This document shows positions 10,972 through 20,169 of a DNA stretch of 64,000 nucleotides, piece by piece. The notes below the pieces were generated by a model. It worked only from the letters and a program-made list of their open reading frames with translations, searched no databases and had not been told where the DNA came from. The DNA is from a virus (taxonomy: Duplodnaviria; Caudoviricetes): positions 9,104 to 73,103 of the IMG/VR virus record IMGVR_UViG_3300047160_010653; one strand, written 5' to 3'. The position numbers and the translations under genes are program-made. Position 1 is the first letter of the stretch. The number at the start of each line of letters is the position of its first letter.

Positions 10972-13900
10972 ATGATCTACTCGGTGCAGAACATCTCACC
11001 ATCGCAACGGGTCTTCTACGACACCGGCAAACGCGAGGTGAAGATCGACCCAGGCCAGATGAAGCTGATCGATCTCGACGAAGGCACCTACAACCACATC
11101 GCGATGCGAATGGACGTGATCGTGCGCCCCGCCAGTTTCGAGCGCAAACCGACGCAGGCAATAGTGCCGCCGAAGTCGGTCGAGTTCGCCTCACTGCCGC
11201 CTCCTCCGCCTCCTCCGCCTCCTCTCGCTGTAGCCCGACCGGCGATGGATATCCAGGGACACTTCGGGATCGGCGATAATCTGCATCAGCGCGCGATCCT
11301 GCGCTGTCTGTTGCCGACCCACGACGTGTGGCTGCGCACCTGCCACTATCTCCTTTATCACGATCTGGTGGCGCAGGGTCTCAAATTGGTGATGCGAGAT
11401 ACTTCGCTACATGCCCAGCGCAAGACCATCGCACGCGAGCACGAGCTATTCGATCGGGCTGCTTTTCCACCGCCTCCCTCAAATGCTGCCCGAAAAAACA
11501 TCGGTTACCCGAAGGTTCTCATCGACCAGCACGGCTCAATCCTCGAAGCGCAGTTCTCCTGCGTCGGTCTCAAGATGCCGGAGCGGCCAGATTTCAGTCT
11601 TCCTGTGAGGGAAGAGTGGATGAAGGCGGTGCGGGAACGGATCGCCAGTTGGGATATGAAGGGAAAGCCGCTGATGATCCACCGTCCGGTGGTGATCCGG
11701 CAGGAATGGGACGGCCGGTCGCGCAATCCGGATGTGAAAGCCTACGATGAAATCTACCGCGCGATCCGCGATCAGTTCTTCGTGGTGTCCGTCGCCGATC
11801 TGGAGGTGAGCCGGGAGTGGATCGACGGGCCGGAGCAAGAGGTCGACGTCAAGCTCCACAAGGGTGAACTCGAGTTCCCCGAGCTGGCAGCCCTCTTCCG
11901 CGCCGCGCGCCTGATCTACTGCAATGCGGGCTTCGCGCCCGTACTCGCCCAGGCGGTCGGCACACCTCAAATCTGCGTCTACGGCGGCCGGGAGAGCTTT
12001 CGGACCACGCAGCGGATCGGGGTTCACCTCGCTCCAACGTGCCCGATTGACGTGATCAACCCCTGCGACTGTCACAGCGCGGCTCACCGGTGCGACAAAC
12101 GCATCGATGTGCATGCTGCCCTGGGGAAGGCCATCGGCTTCGCCAGCGGGCTGGACAAAGAGCGAACAAATTCAACCCTGGTGTTCGGAACGTTTTACGT
12201 CGATAGCCCCGACAGGGACCAACTCACCGATCTCTGGCGCAAACTCCACGTCGAGCTGAACGGCGACGGCTGCGACTTCCTGGCGGTGGACTCAGCTTCG
12301 CCAATCAAGAAGTTCGATGACTGGCCACGCTACGACGGCCAGCGGCACCATTTCAGCTACTACAATTTCCCGTACAACATCGGCCACCTGTCGCGGCGCC
12401 GGGTGACAGCGGGCCGCGACGGCTGGGGCCGGGCATTTTGCCAGGGGCTGCAGATCGCGTGCGATCTCGGCTACGAGCACGTCGTCCACATTGAGGGCGA
12501 CAGCCTGCTGCGGCTGCGGGTCAAGGACATCGTCGACGAGATGAAACGCGACGGCGTCGACTGCATGTCCACCAGCGTGAGGGGGATGCGGCATGCCGAT
12601 CTGGAAAAGCAATGGGTCGAAACCGGCCTGATGTTTTTCACCACCGACTACATCCGGCGCTCGCAGTTCATCAAGCGCTATGACTGGCCGAACCGGCGCG
12701 TGGCGCCGACGCCGGAGCGGTGGGTGCGATTGGCTATTCTCGAAAAAGACCTCAACGACAAACAGTTCAAGATCATGCCCTGGCGCGCGTTCCGCGCCGA
12801 CAAGAACCAGATTACCGTCGATAACATCGCCTCGCTGGATTTGGACTGGGTCACTCACCAGCACGACAGCTCGCAGCAGGGCGTCTACCAGAAATTCGTC
12901 GATATGGCTCTGGGGCGTGCGGCGATCATCCCGGCAGTCGCCAGCGCCTCATCTGCGGCCGCGGTTCCTCCCATTGCTGCGGCCCAGACACAGCCGGGGT
13001 TGGGCCTGCAGAGGTACAATCTCGGCTGTGGCACTAACAAGCTGGCGGGTTGGCAGAACCACGACGCCGACGTTGACGTCACCAAAAAGCTCCCCTGGCC
13101 GGATCAGTCGGCCTCGCATATCGTGATCGAGCACTGCATCGAGCACGTGCCCTACAAGGCGGCCATCGGCTTCTTCCAGGAGGCTTGGCGCGTGCTTGCG
13201 CCAGGCGGCGTGCTGCGGGTAACGGTGCCGAGCCTGGAGCAGATCGCGCGGTGCGACGATGACAGCTACTTCAAATTCACCACCAAATGGCAGCCACTCG
13301 GGGCTACCCGACGCGGAGCCATGCACGCGATTATCTACGCACACGGACACGAATGCGCTTGGAACTCACGGCTCCTGCAAGACACCCTCTACTTCGCCGG
13401 GTTCGATGATGTACAGCCTGTTGAACCCGGAAAGAGCAACGATCCTGCTCTGGTGGGTGTCGAGGGACATGGCCGCGTCATTGGAGATAAGTTCAACCTG
13501 ATTGAGAGCTGCACCTGCGAGGCGCGCAAAGCCGGGCGGCTGCAGGATGCGATCTCGGGCGATGCCGTTGCGATTATCGTAGGGGGAGGGGATCGCTGGA
13601 AAGAAGAACTGGACGAAGTGCTGCGGCTCGTCGGCGATCGGCCGGTGACCTATTTCTATATCAATGATCAGATCAAATCGTTCGACCAGCCGGGCTACGC
13701 CTGCACGCTGCACCCGGACAAGCTCAATGGCCATTTCAACTGGCTGGCTGTGCGCAAAAAAGCCGGACTGTCCCCGCCGTTGGAGGTCTGGTCGCACCGC
13801 AAGCACGGCGCCGTCACTCACGACACGGCGTCGGCGGAATGGAAGGGGTCGAGCGGATTGTTCGCGGTTCAGGTCGCACGGCGCAAAGGCTTCCGGAAGG

Positions 13901-14091
13901 TGATCGGCTGCGGGGTGCCGATGACGGTGGAAGGCGGTCACTTTGAGCGGCGGCAGAAGTGGCAGTCGGCGATTGCGTTCCGCCAGGGTTGGCTGACATG
14001 CCGCAACGAGATCACACCTGATTTCCGGTCGATGAGCGGGTGGACGGCAGACATCTTCGGCCGTCCGACCCAGGAGTGGTTAGGACAGTGA
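10972..14091 (+). CDS. Multidomain glycosyltransferase/methyltransferase polyprotein
   Basis: Small N-terminal domain plus poly-Pro linker; GT9-like region (GHFGIGDNLHQR ... GFAPVLAQAVGTPQICVYGG); GT-A-like region (VHIEGDSLL); class I SAM MTase (YNLGCG ... LPWPDQSASHIVIEHCIEHV); C-terminal MptE/DUF115/GT29-like region (IIVGGG ... SSGLFAVQVA ... VIGCGVPM). Confidence 0.75.
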   Translation: MIYSVQNISPSQRVFYDTGKREVKIDPGQMKLIDLDEGTYNHIAMRMDVIVRPASFERKPTQAIVPPKSVEFASLPPPPPPPPPLAVARPAMDIQGHFGIGDNLHQRAILRCLLPTHDVWLRTCHYLLYHDLVAQGLKLVMRDTSLHAQRKTIAREHELFDRAAFPPPPSNAARKNIGYPKVLIDQHGSILEAQFSCVGLKMPERPDFSLPVREEWMKAVRERIASWDMKGKPLMIHRPVVIRQEWDGRSRNPDVKAYDEIYRAIRDQFFVVSVADLEVSREWIDGPEQEVDVKLHKGELEFPELAALFRAARLIYCNAGFAPVLAQAVGTPQICVYGGRESFRTTQRIGVHLAPTCPIDVINPCDCHSAAHRCDKRIDVHAALGKAIGFASGLDKERTNSTLVFGTFYVDSPDRDQLTDLWRKLHVELNGDGCDFLAVDSASPIKKFDDWPRYDGQRHHFSYYNFPYNIGHLSRRRVTAGRDGWGRAFCQGLQIACDLGYEHVVHIEGDSLLRLRVKDIVDEMKRDGVDCMSTSVRGMRHADLEKQWVETGLMFFTTDYIRRSQFIKRYDWPNRRVAPTPERWVRLAILEKDLNDKQFKIMPWRAFRADKNQITVDNIASLDLDWVTHQHDSSQQGVYQKFVDMALGRAAIIPAVASASSAAAVPPIAAAQTQPGLGLQRYNLGCGTNKLAGWQNHDADVDVTKKLPWPDQSASHIVIEHCIEHVPYKAAIGFFQEAWRVLAPGGVLRVTVPSLEQIARCDDDSYFKFTTKWQPLGATRRGAMHAIIYAHGHECAWNSRLLQDTLYFAGFDDVQPVEPGKSNDPALVGVEGHGRVIGDKFNLIESCTCEARKAGRLQDAISGDAVAIIVGGGDRWKEELDEVLRLVGDRPVTYFYINDQIKSFDQPGYACTLHPDKLNGHFNWLAVRKKAGLSPPLEVWSHRKHGAVTHDTASAEWKGSSGLFAVQVARRKGFRKVIGCGVPMTVEGGHFERRQKWQSAIAFRQGWLTCRNEITPDFRSMSGWTADIFGRPTQEWLGQ

Positions 14092-14290
14092 TTTCTGTCG
14101 TTCCTCGCGTCCGCAGCGATAGCCGATGATCCAACCAAACAGTCTCGTGGTAGTTAGGCGAGAGATCAGCATCACCGTGAAGCGCCGCCTTATACCCCCT
14201 TCGGATCGCCGCAAGCAGCTTGGGGTCGCCTTCGGCGCGGTTGATGACGTTTTGCGTTGTCACTTCGACACCATCGATACGTAAGCCCAT
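14012..14290 (-). CDS. Hypothetical protein
   Basis: Last ORF of the leftward block; 3' end overlaps the convergent GT gene. Confidence 0.4.
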   Translation of the reverse strand: MGLRIDGVEVTTQNVINRAEGDPKLLAAIRRGYKAALHGDADLSPNYHETVWLDHRLSLRTRGTTEITVLTTPGSDGRRCLPSTRSSTGNQV

Positions 14291-14294
14291 TCTC

Positions 14295-14561
14295 TCAATC
14301 CTTCAGTTTGGGGCTGATCGACACTTTGGTCTCCGGCCCGATCAGATCAATAAAATCGCGCTGCATCGTGCGTTCACTCTCGCCCGCGAAGATCAGGAAC
14401 TCGATATCATCACCTAGTCCGCAGGTCGAGCCGTTGAACTTGATCGGAGCGCCATCCTTGAGCCGTCCGAGGTTCGCATGAGACAGTCCGAACACTACCA
14501 GTTTAACCGGACGTCCGTCGTCACGTATACCGTTTCCCATCATTTTTAGCATTTCTGACAT
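14295..14561 (-). CDS. Conserved phage hypothetical protein
   Basis: 88 aa; VVFGLSHANLGRLKDGAPIKF ... IFAGESE pattern; tightly packed in the operon. Confidence 0.6.
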   Translation of the reverse strand: MSEMLKMMGNGIRDDGRPVKLVVFGLSHANLGRLKDGAPIKFNGSTCGLGDDIEFLIFAGESERTMQRDFIDLIGPETKVSISPKLKD

Positions 14562-14793
14562 CCTTCAATACGAGGTCTATTCCGGTACGGATTTGTTCGT
14601 CGGTCATGCCGCAAGCAACTGCGCCGACGACAGCCTCGTACCACAACAGGCCAACGATGACAGAAGCGGCCTCTCTGTAATCTGTACTGACCCGTCTGTA
14701 CGTGTCGTAGGTGTTGCGCTCCCATCGCTTAAGCTCGTCACTGGCATGTTTTTTCAAGTCTTCATTTAGCTGACGTTCCATTGATTTCTCCAA
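14521..14793 (-). CDS. Small helical protein, paralogue family A
   Basis: Shares the L-x-x-W-x-x-x/D-T-x-x-x-Y/F pattern with 15995-16303 and 16300-16560. Confidence 0.55.
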   Translation of the reverse strand: MEKSMERQLNEDLKKHASDELKRWERNTYDTYRRVSTDYREAASVIVGLLWYEAVVGAVACGMTDEQIRTGIDLVLKDVRNAKNDGKRYT

Positions 14794-14919
14794 AACGGGC
14801 GGTAGAGGGTTGCATCACCGCTGCCGCCCGGGTGCGTCGATGATTCCTGAAAGCCCGCGGGTTCCTCATAACCGTTAGCGTTTTTTGCGAATAAGCGGCG
14901 CACCAACACAAGAGCGGAA

Positions 14920-14946
14920 GGGGCCCACGGCCCCCTTTTTCTTTTT
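14920..14946 (+). terminator. Candidate intrinsic terminator
   Basis: GGGGCC-CAC-GGCCCC stem followed by C-TTTTTCTTTTT, near the convergence of late and leftward transcription. Confidence 0.5.
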
Positions 14947-15662
14947 CACGGCCGCAATGCTTTCTGGATAGTCTGCAGCCGTTTCTCCAGGTCCTCGGCC
15001 ATGACCGATAGCTTCTGTGCCATGGCCTTCTCCTCATCGGCAGTGGCCAGCAGCTTGGCGGCCATGGTGCGGCACTCCTCGATCTTTCTGGTTGCCGCGA
15101 TGATGTCGTGATCGATGGCGACGTTCGAGCCGTGCGGGCCGAAGTTGACTTCCCGGAGTTGCGTCACCCAGGCTAACGGACAGCCGAGGTCATCGGCTAC
15201 TTTCCGATCCGTCCAGTCTGCGGAGTAGCCCTCCTTTTCGTTGAGGTAGACATCGTTGAGCTTATCAAGGATCAGCCGTTTGTACTCGTAGGTCAGGGGC
15301 TTTAATTCCGGCGTGGTTTCCAATGCCCGCTGGGATACTTCGTAGAGGTGATCGGATTTTTTCATCAAATTTCCTCCGTTGTCGGGCTGGGATTTATTAC
15401 ATGCCGGACAGCGGTGACGGCCAGCGGTGTCACCGACACTCCAACCCATCCGGGTGAACTTCCGCGTGGCAATGCGGTTCTCGGTGTGGGTGGTGTCGCC
15501 ACTGCCGTGCATGGTGTTCATTTTTGTCATTTCGACTTTGCGACACCGGCCGCAGCGGATCGCAAAGCCACGACTGGGCTGTCCGTTGACGATCATCTTT
15601 GTCAATTCGAACAGCCCGATGATATGGGCCGGGATGCCATGCTCCCATTTTCTGTCATTCAT
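14946..15662 (-). CDS. Hypothetical protein with N-terminal Zn-ribbon and C-terminal coiled coil
   Basis: CGRC ... CPAC pairs; helical C-terminal half. Confidence 0.55.
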   Translation of the reverse strand: MNDRKWEHGIPAHIIGLFELTKMIVNGQPSRGFAIRCGRCRKVEMTKMNTMHGSGDTTHTENRIATRKFTRMGWSVGDTAGRHRCPACNKSQPDNGGNLMKKSDHLYEVSQRALETTPELKPLTYEYKRLILDKLNDVYLNEKEGYSADWTDRKVADDLGCPLAWVTQLREVNFGPHGSNVAIDHDIIAATRKIEECRTMAAKLLATADEEKAMAQKLSVMAEDLEKRLQTIQKALRP

Positions 15663-16002
15663 GCTTTTTCGCCAGTTGCTCGATGGCCCATCCGCTCAAC
15701 CCTGTGGCCAGATCGAAGGGCTGGATCGAGGCGAGCTTATCCGAGTTGCCAATGGCTTTCTGGCACAGCTCGATCAGGTCGTGAAAGCGCAGGTCGAAGA
15801 TGCACTGCGCCGTCGTACGCAGTGCCTCCGGTTGTGCCAGCGTATGGTTGAGAGCATCGAGGTGAGGGGCGTTGCGCATGGCCTGCAGAATATGGTCTGG
15901 GGGGCGAGCACGCTTGGCATAGTCGGATTCGGGCGCACGCGCAGGCACCTCGGTGGGCAGCGTTGGGACGCGCTTGTCGATAGGCCAGTTATTGTCAGCC
16001 AT
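15655..16002 (-). CDS. Hypothetical protein carrying the duplicated 21-aa segment
   Basis: Start refined to MADNNW; contains MRNAPHLDALNHTLAQPEALR. Confidence 0.55.
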   Translation of the reverse strand: MADNNWPIDKRVPTLPTEVPARAPESDYAKRARPPDHILQAMRNAPHLDALNHTLAQPEALRTTAQCIFDLRFHDLIELCQKAIGNSDKLASIQPFDLATGLSGWAIEQLAKKHE

Positions 16003-16131
16003 TTGTTTCTTCCCTTTCTCGCGTTTCAAGTGCGTGGTTCAACATGTCATGAAGGTGATGTATCTGACGCAGTGCCTCCGGTTGTGCCAGCGTATGGTTG
16101 AGAGCATCGAGGTGAGGGGCGTTGCGCATGG
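15817..16131. repeat. Exact 65-bp direct repeat (15817-15881 and 16067-16131)
   Basis: acgcagtgcctccggttgtgccagcgtatggttgagagcatcgaggtgaggggcgttgcgcatgg occurs twice, 250 bp apart, with no mismatch. Confidence 0.95.
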
Positions 16132-16303
16132 TAGTCCGGATGACACGGGACAATTCCCAGACCAGCAGTGTGATCAGCGTCATGAAAATTTCGACGGCGC
16201 CGAAATCAGCCATGCGGTACAGCTCGACGGTGTCGTTTACCCATTGCAGTAGTTTGTTGTGGCACTGCGTACGCAGGTCGTCCTCCAGGGTTTCCCGGCT
16301 CAT
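15995..16303 (-). CDS. Small helical protein, paralogue family A, with duplicated 21-aa segment
   Basis: Start refined to MSRETLEDD, overlapping the upstream stop; LLQWVNDTVELY motif. Confidence 0.55.
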   Translation of the reverse strand: MSRETLEDDLRTQCHNKLLQWVNDTVELYRMADFGAVEIFMTLITLLVWELSRVIRTTMRNAPHLDALNHTLAQPEALRQIHHLHDMLNHALETREREETNG

Positions 16304-16560
16304 TGGATTCTCCCTGCTGCGTTCCGGTAGGCCACTGTCATTACTTTGTTGATAAAGTTCTCTTCCGATATTCCGCTGACGACAGCCCATTTGGCGGCGC
16401 GAGCCGATACAAGCGCCGTGAGAGCCTGGAGCGCCTCACTGAGCTTGATACCAGCTTCCTCGAACCGGTTGAGCGTATCGCTTTCCCATTGCATGAGTTC
16501 TGTGTTGGCGTTGTCGCCGAGGTTATGCACCAACTGACTTAGAATGATATCTGTGCTCAT
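16300..16560 (-). CDS. Small helical protein, paralogue family A
   Basis: RBS-like GAGGAG upstream; LMQWESDTLNRF motif. Confidence 0.6.
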   Translation of the reverse strand: MSTDIILSQLVHNLGDNANTELMQWESDTLNRFEEAGIKLSEALQALTALVSARAAKWAVVSGISEENFINKVMTVAYRNAAGRIQ

Positions 16561-16751
16561 ATTTCACTTGCTCCTCTCCGGTTTCCTTAAGTTCTTGAAT
16601 CAGTCCATTGAGCGTCACGAAGAAATTACATAGACTGATGTCGATAAACTCACTTTGACAGTTTGGGACATCGCAGTTGTTCCAGATACGGACAGTCAAC
16701 TGATCATCGTAAATCCAAAGCTCTGCGTTGCCTTTTCTGCCAGTAGTTTAT

Positions 16752-18197
16752 TCATATCAACCACTCCTGATAAGTGTCGCGGGTCAGTTTGGTGCTGAGG
16801 TCGATTTTGTTGCGCAGGGCTCCGATGATTTTCTCATCGACGGTGCCCTTGGCAATGAGGTCGACGTAGAGTACGGATTGAGATTTGCCGACGCCTTGGG
16901 CGCGCTCCTCGCTTTGCAGTCTGTATTCGAGATTGTAGGTGTTCGAGAAATAAACGACCAAGCTCGCATTGGTCCAGGTACGCCCGCGCCCGCCTGCCTG
17001 GGGAGTGGCAACCATCCACCGGCAACGGGGATCGGTCAGAAACCGCTGCTCCTCATCATTGCGGATTTTTCTGTTCATGCCCCAGAACCGGGCGACGGAA
17101 TGGATACCGTACTCCTCCGCCAGCACCGCACCCACGTTGTGGATGTCCTTGCCGTACGACACCCAGATGATCCCCTTGCCTTCGTACTCGGCGAGCAGCT
17201 CCAGGAGAGCCTTGGTGCGGTTCTCCGGGATCGTGACGGGGTTGCCTTCGGCGTCTTCGCAGTGCCCCATCAGTATCTGGTGCATGCGCAGGAGCTGCGT
17301 GAGCACGACGGTGGAGGTGATGTGCTGGTCCTCCTCGATCATAGTCGTGGCATACCTTTTCATCTCGCTGTACGCCTTACGCTGTTCTGGCGTCAGCTCG
17401 ACCTCACGCATCGAATACATTTTCGGCGGCAGATCATAGCAGTCTTCGAGCTTGATCTTGTACGAAAAGGGCGCGAGCTTTTCCGCCAGCTCATCGAGGT
17501 TCTGATAGCCGGTGACGACCTCGACCGGAACCGGTGAGGTGTTGAACTTCTTCAGCTCCGTGATAGCATATCGGCGCTGGAAGCTGGAGAAATTTCTGAA
17601 CCCGATAATCGCAGGGTCCAGAAAATTGAACTGCATGAAAGCGTCCAAAGGGCTTTGTGGATACGCCAGTCCCGATAGGATGCGCCGGTACTGAGCCGTC
17701 GGGCCAAGCACGTTGCAGCAGAACTTGGCGCGGGCGGCGGACGGTCCCTTGATGCTAGTCGACTCGTCAACCACCATCATGCTGGCGCGCTGCGCCAGGA
17801 ACTTGTGGGCGAGGGTCTGGGCGCGAACAACAGTGCTCAGCGCCTCGATGTTGATCAGCAAAACACGTGGCCGCCCCTCGGCATTGCGTAGGAAATTGTG
17901 CGGCTTGTCGTGAGCATCTTCCGCCTTCCAACAGTAGACCGCAAGGCGCTTTTGGAGCGACGGGCTGACATGATCCACGATGGCCTGGAGCCACGTCGTG
18001 TATACGCCTGCGGGCGCGACCACCAGCAGGTCCTGACAAGCTCCCGCGGATTCCAGCCTGCCAAAGTCGTCGAGAATAACTTTGGTTTTGCCGGTGCGCA
18101 TCGCCATCAGCAAGGCAAAGGCGCGCTGGGTTCGTAGTCTTTTGAGAGCTTCTTCCTGGTGCGCCCAAGGTTTAACGGCGGGAATATAGGTCATCAT
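16752..18197 (-). CDS. SNF2-family (SF2) DNA helicase
   Basis: Motif I AMRTGKT, motif II MVVDES, motif III LSG, motif V/VI AGGRGRTWT and QSEERAQGVG. Confidence 0.9.
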   Translation of the reverse strand: MMTYIPAVKPWAHQEEALKRLRTQRAFALLMAMRTGKTKVILDDFGRLESAGACQDLLVVAPAGVYTTWLQAIVDHVSPSLQKRLAVYCWKAEDAHDKPHNFLRNAEGRPRVLLINIEALSTVVRAQTLAHKFLAQRASMMVVDESTSIKGPSAARAKFCCNVLGPTAQYRRILSGLAYPQSPLDAFMQFNFLDPAIIGFRNFSSFQRRYAITELKKFNTSPVPVEVVTGYQNLDELAEKLAPFSYKIKLEDCYDLPPKMYSMREVELTPEQRKAYSEMKRYATTMIEEDQHITSTVVLTQLLRMHQILMGHCEDAEGNPVTIPENRTKALLELLAEYEGKGIIWVSYGKDIHNVGAVLAEEYGIHSVARFWGMNRKIRNDEEQRFLTDPRCRWMVATPQAGGRGRTWTNASLVVYFSNTYNLEYRLQSEERAQGVGKSQSVLYVDLIAKGTVDEKIIGALRNKIDLSTKLTRDTYQEWLI

Positions 18198-18236
18198 CTC
18201 TCCTCATATGAAAAAGGCCACCGAAGTGGCCCTGAG

Positions 18237-18500
18237 TTACCGCGCTCGCTGAATCCAAATCTGCATCGGCTTCGGGCCGCCGTATCCAGTGAGCACCAGT
18301 ATCTTGCCGGTCGCTGCCAGTTTGCGCTCCAGAATGCGCAGCCGCGCCAACATAGCGGACCGAGCGTAGAACGGCTGATCTTTCTTCCCCCAAAATTTGT
18401 TGATCAGTTCGGTGCTCGTGATTGCGTTTCTTTTGCCATTGGGGATCAGGCTTTTCAAACGCTTGTCGTCATTGTTCAGTTCGTTATTGATCCTTCTCAT
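18237..18500 (-). CDS. Basic hypothetical protein (possible winged helix)
   Basis: 87 aa, Lys/Arg-rich, helix-helix-hairpin-like pattern. Confidence 0.45.
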   Translation of the reverse strand: MRRINNELNNDDKRLKSLIPNGKRNAITSTELINKFWGKKDQPFYARSAMLARLRILERKLAATGKILVLTGYGGPKPMQIWIQRAR

Positions 18501-18526
18501 CTACACCTCCTCAACACGCCGGTGTT

Positions 18527-18805
18527 TTACACGTACCTCTTGCCAATATCAAACGCCCGGATCGGCCGGTTCGGTCTGCCATCAGCTCGCAGCGGGCGCT
18601 CTGCTGGCACCTGCATGAGGAAATCCCGAGCTTCACTGTCGTCTTGGAACACGAGAGCTTCGTTGATGTCCTGGGTAAACTCCACATCACCGAGGCCACC
18701 GAAGGCCGCAGGATTATACGATTTGATGTACGCACCCTGGTGCATCTTTTCAGTCGGGGCGATCACGACACCCCGCGGTCCGTAGGCTCTGAGAACTAGC
18801 GGCAT
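18527..18805 (-). CDS. Conserved phage hypothetical protein
   Basis: Start refined to MPLVLRAY; PLRADGRPNRP motif. Confidence 0.55.
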   Translation of the reverse strand: MPLVLRAYGPRGVVIAPTEKMHQGAYIKSYNPAAFGGLGDVEFTQDINEALVFQDDSEARDFLMQVPAERPLRADGRPNRPIRAFDIGKRYV

Positions 18806-19029
18806 CGATTTGCTTCCGCTTGCAACACGCGCTCTTGCGCGTAAAGCCTGATCGGCGCGCCGCCCTTGGGCTTTACGCCCATGCGATCGGGCTCGCCGAG
18901 CACCGTTAAAATGTCTGCGCGGGTCCAACCGCGCAGGATCAGATTGTGGTAGGTGAGCATAGGACCAAGTTCGGTGTCATACCACGATTTGTGGATCGTT
19001 TTAACCATGGCTACAGATGTGGTGAGCAT
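18796..19029 (-). CDS. Hypothetical protein
   Basis: RGWT-x-x-x-I-x-x-x-LGEPD ... LY-x-x-ERV pattern. Confidence 0.5.
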   Translation of the reverse strand: MLTTSVAMVKTIHKSWYDTELGPMLTYHNLILRGWTRADILTVLGEPDRMGVKPKGGAPIRLYAQERVLQAEANRCR

Positions 19030-19030
19030 G

Positions 19031-19342
19031 TCAATCCATCCTGCATACTTCGAAGGTTCGGTCGAGTTGAATGATTGCTACCCAGGCGTAGTCGTAGACC
19101 ACGATAAGCTCGTCGCGGAGCTTGGTCTGGGCGAGGGGGGCGAGGACGGGATCGCCAGGATACTGGAGAGCGTCGCCGGGCAAGAGCTTGAACCCTTTGA
19201 AAGGGTTCCAGCCGCCACCGTGACCGTAACCCTCATGCAGTTGAACCCGCGCTGGGCGCGGGTCCATTTCTGAGAGCATCATGGGAATAGTGCCGAGCAT
19301 ATCGGGGTTGAAATGAGAGTCGAGCAGGGTCCAGATCATCAT
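19031..19342 (-). CDS. Conserved phage hypothetical protein
   Basis: YPGDP-x-L-x-PLA ... AWVAIIQ-x-D ... FEVCRMD pattern; coupled to its neighbours. Confidence 0.6.
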   Translation of the reverse strand: MMIWTLLDSHFNPDMLGTIPMMLSEMDPRPARVQLHEGYGHGGGWNPFKGFKLLPGDALQYPGDPVLAPLAQTKLRDELIVVYDYAWVAIIQLDRTFEVCRMD

Positions 19343-19469
19343 GGCTTGCTCCGTTGCAATAGGCCGATGGCGACGACGATCAGGGCGATGATAACCATCG
19401 CCGCCGCGTCGGTATTGCTGACGCCGAACGCTCGCGCGGTGATAGCGTCGATGATGGCTGTGGAGACAA

Positions 19470-19745
19470 TCATTCGAAGTCCTCCGCCTCGAACACGACG
19501 ACCTTCTCGGTTATTTCTTTCAGGAACGTGGTAACGACTTCCGGCCTTTCCTTCGGATCGGTTATCGCCGGATGGATTTTCGCCTGCCTGCACAGACTCG
19601 CGTACCACGCGCGAGCGAGCGTATAGTAGCGGCGATCATGGATGGCGGCACGTCGCGCTTCCCAATAGGCGGTGTCGATCAGCGCGGCCATATCGAGCGG
19701 TAGGACGACGATGTCGTCCAATCGATTGACGGGGATGAACTTCAT
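19470..19745 (-). CDS. Hypothetical protein
   Basis: Start refined to MKFIPVN, overlapping the upstream stop. Confidence 0.5.
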   Translation of the reverse strand: MKFIPVNRLDDIVVLPLDMAALIDTAYWEARRAAIHDRRYYTLARAWYASLCRQAKIHPAITDPKERPEVVTTFLKEITEKVVVFEAEDFE

Positions 19746-19960
19746 TTTTGGGTTTCCTTGTTTGGACGAATAATTATCCGAGGCTGTTGCTGTTGCTGTT
19801 GCAGCAGCCATTGTTCGCTCTGCAGGCGCTGTATCTGCTGTTGCTGACGTTCCAGCTCCATGCAGGCGCGCCATGCCGCTTCGTTGCGCCCTGGCCAGAG
19901 AGTGCAAGCCGCAGATGCTTGCTGTACGGCGAGAAAGAGAACGGCTAATAGCAACTTCAT
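19742..19960 (-). CDS. Small putative exported protein with poly-Gln tract
   Basis: MKLLLAVLFLAVQQASA-AC signal-peptide-like start; two Cys; QQQQ runs. Confidence 0.5.
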   Translation of the reverse strand: MKLLLAVLFLAVQQASAACTLWPGRNEAAWRACMELERQQQQIQRLQSEQWLLQQQQQQPRIIIRPNKETQK

Positions 19961-20169
19961 TCTGATCACCCCAACATGATGTAAACGATCAGAAATGATG
20001 CCTTCTCGTGTGAACATTTTGGGTATCTCCTATTTTAGAGGTTGAGGTGACTTGCGAAGCTTGGCGGATAACATGCCGGTGAGGGGCTGCACTTCAGCTT
20101 CGCCTTGTTCGGGACTCACACCCGACGCGCGCTGTCACCGCGCCTGCGTGGCGTACTCCCCTCGTGCTG

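Noticed and set aside
15817-16131. Diversity-generating retroelement TR/VR pair
   Set aside because: The copies are identical with no adenine-specific differences, and no reverse transcriptase is present.
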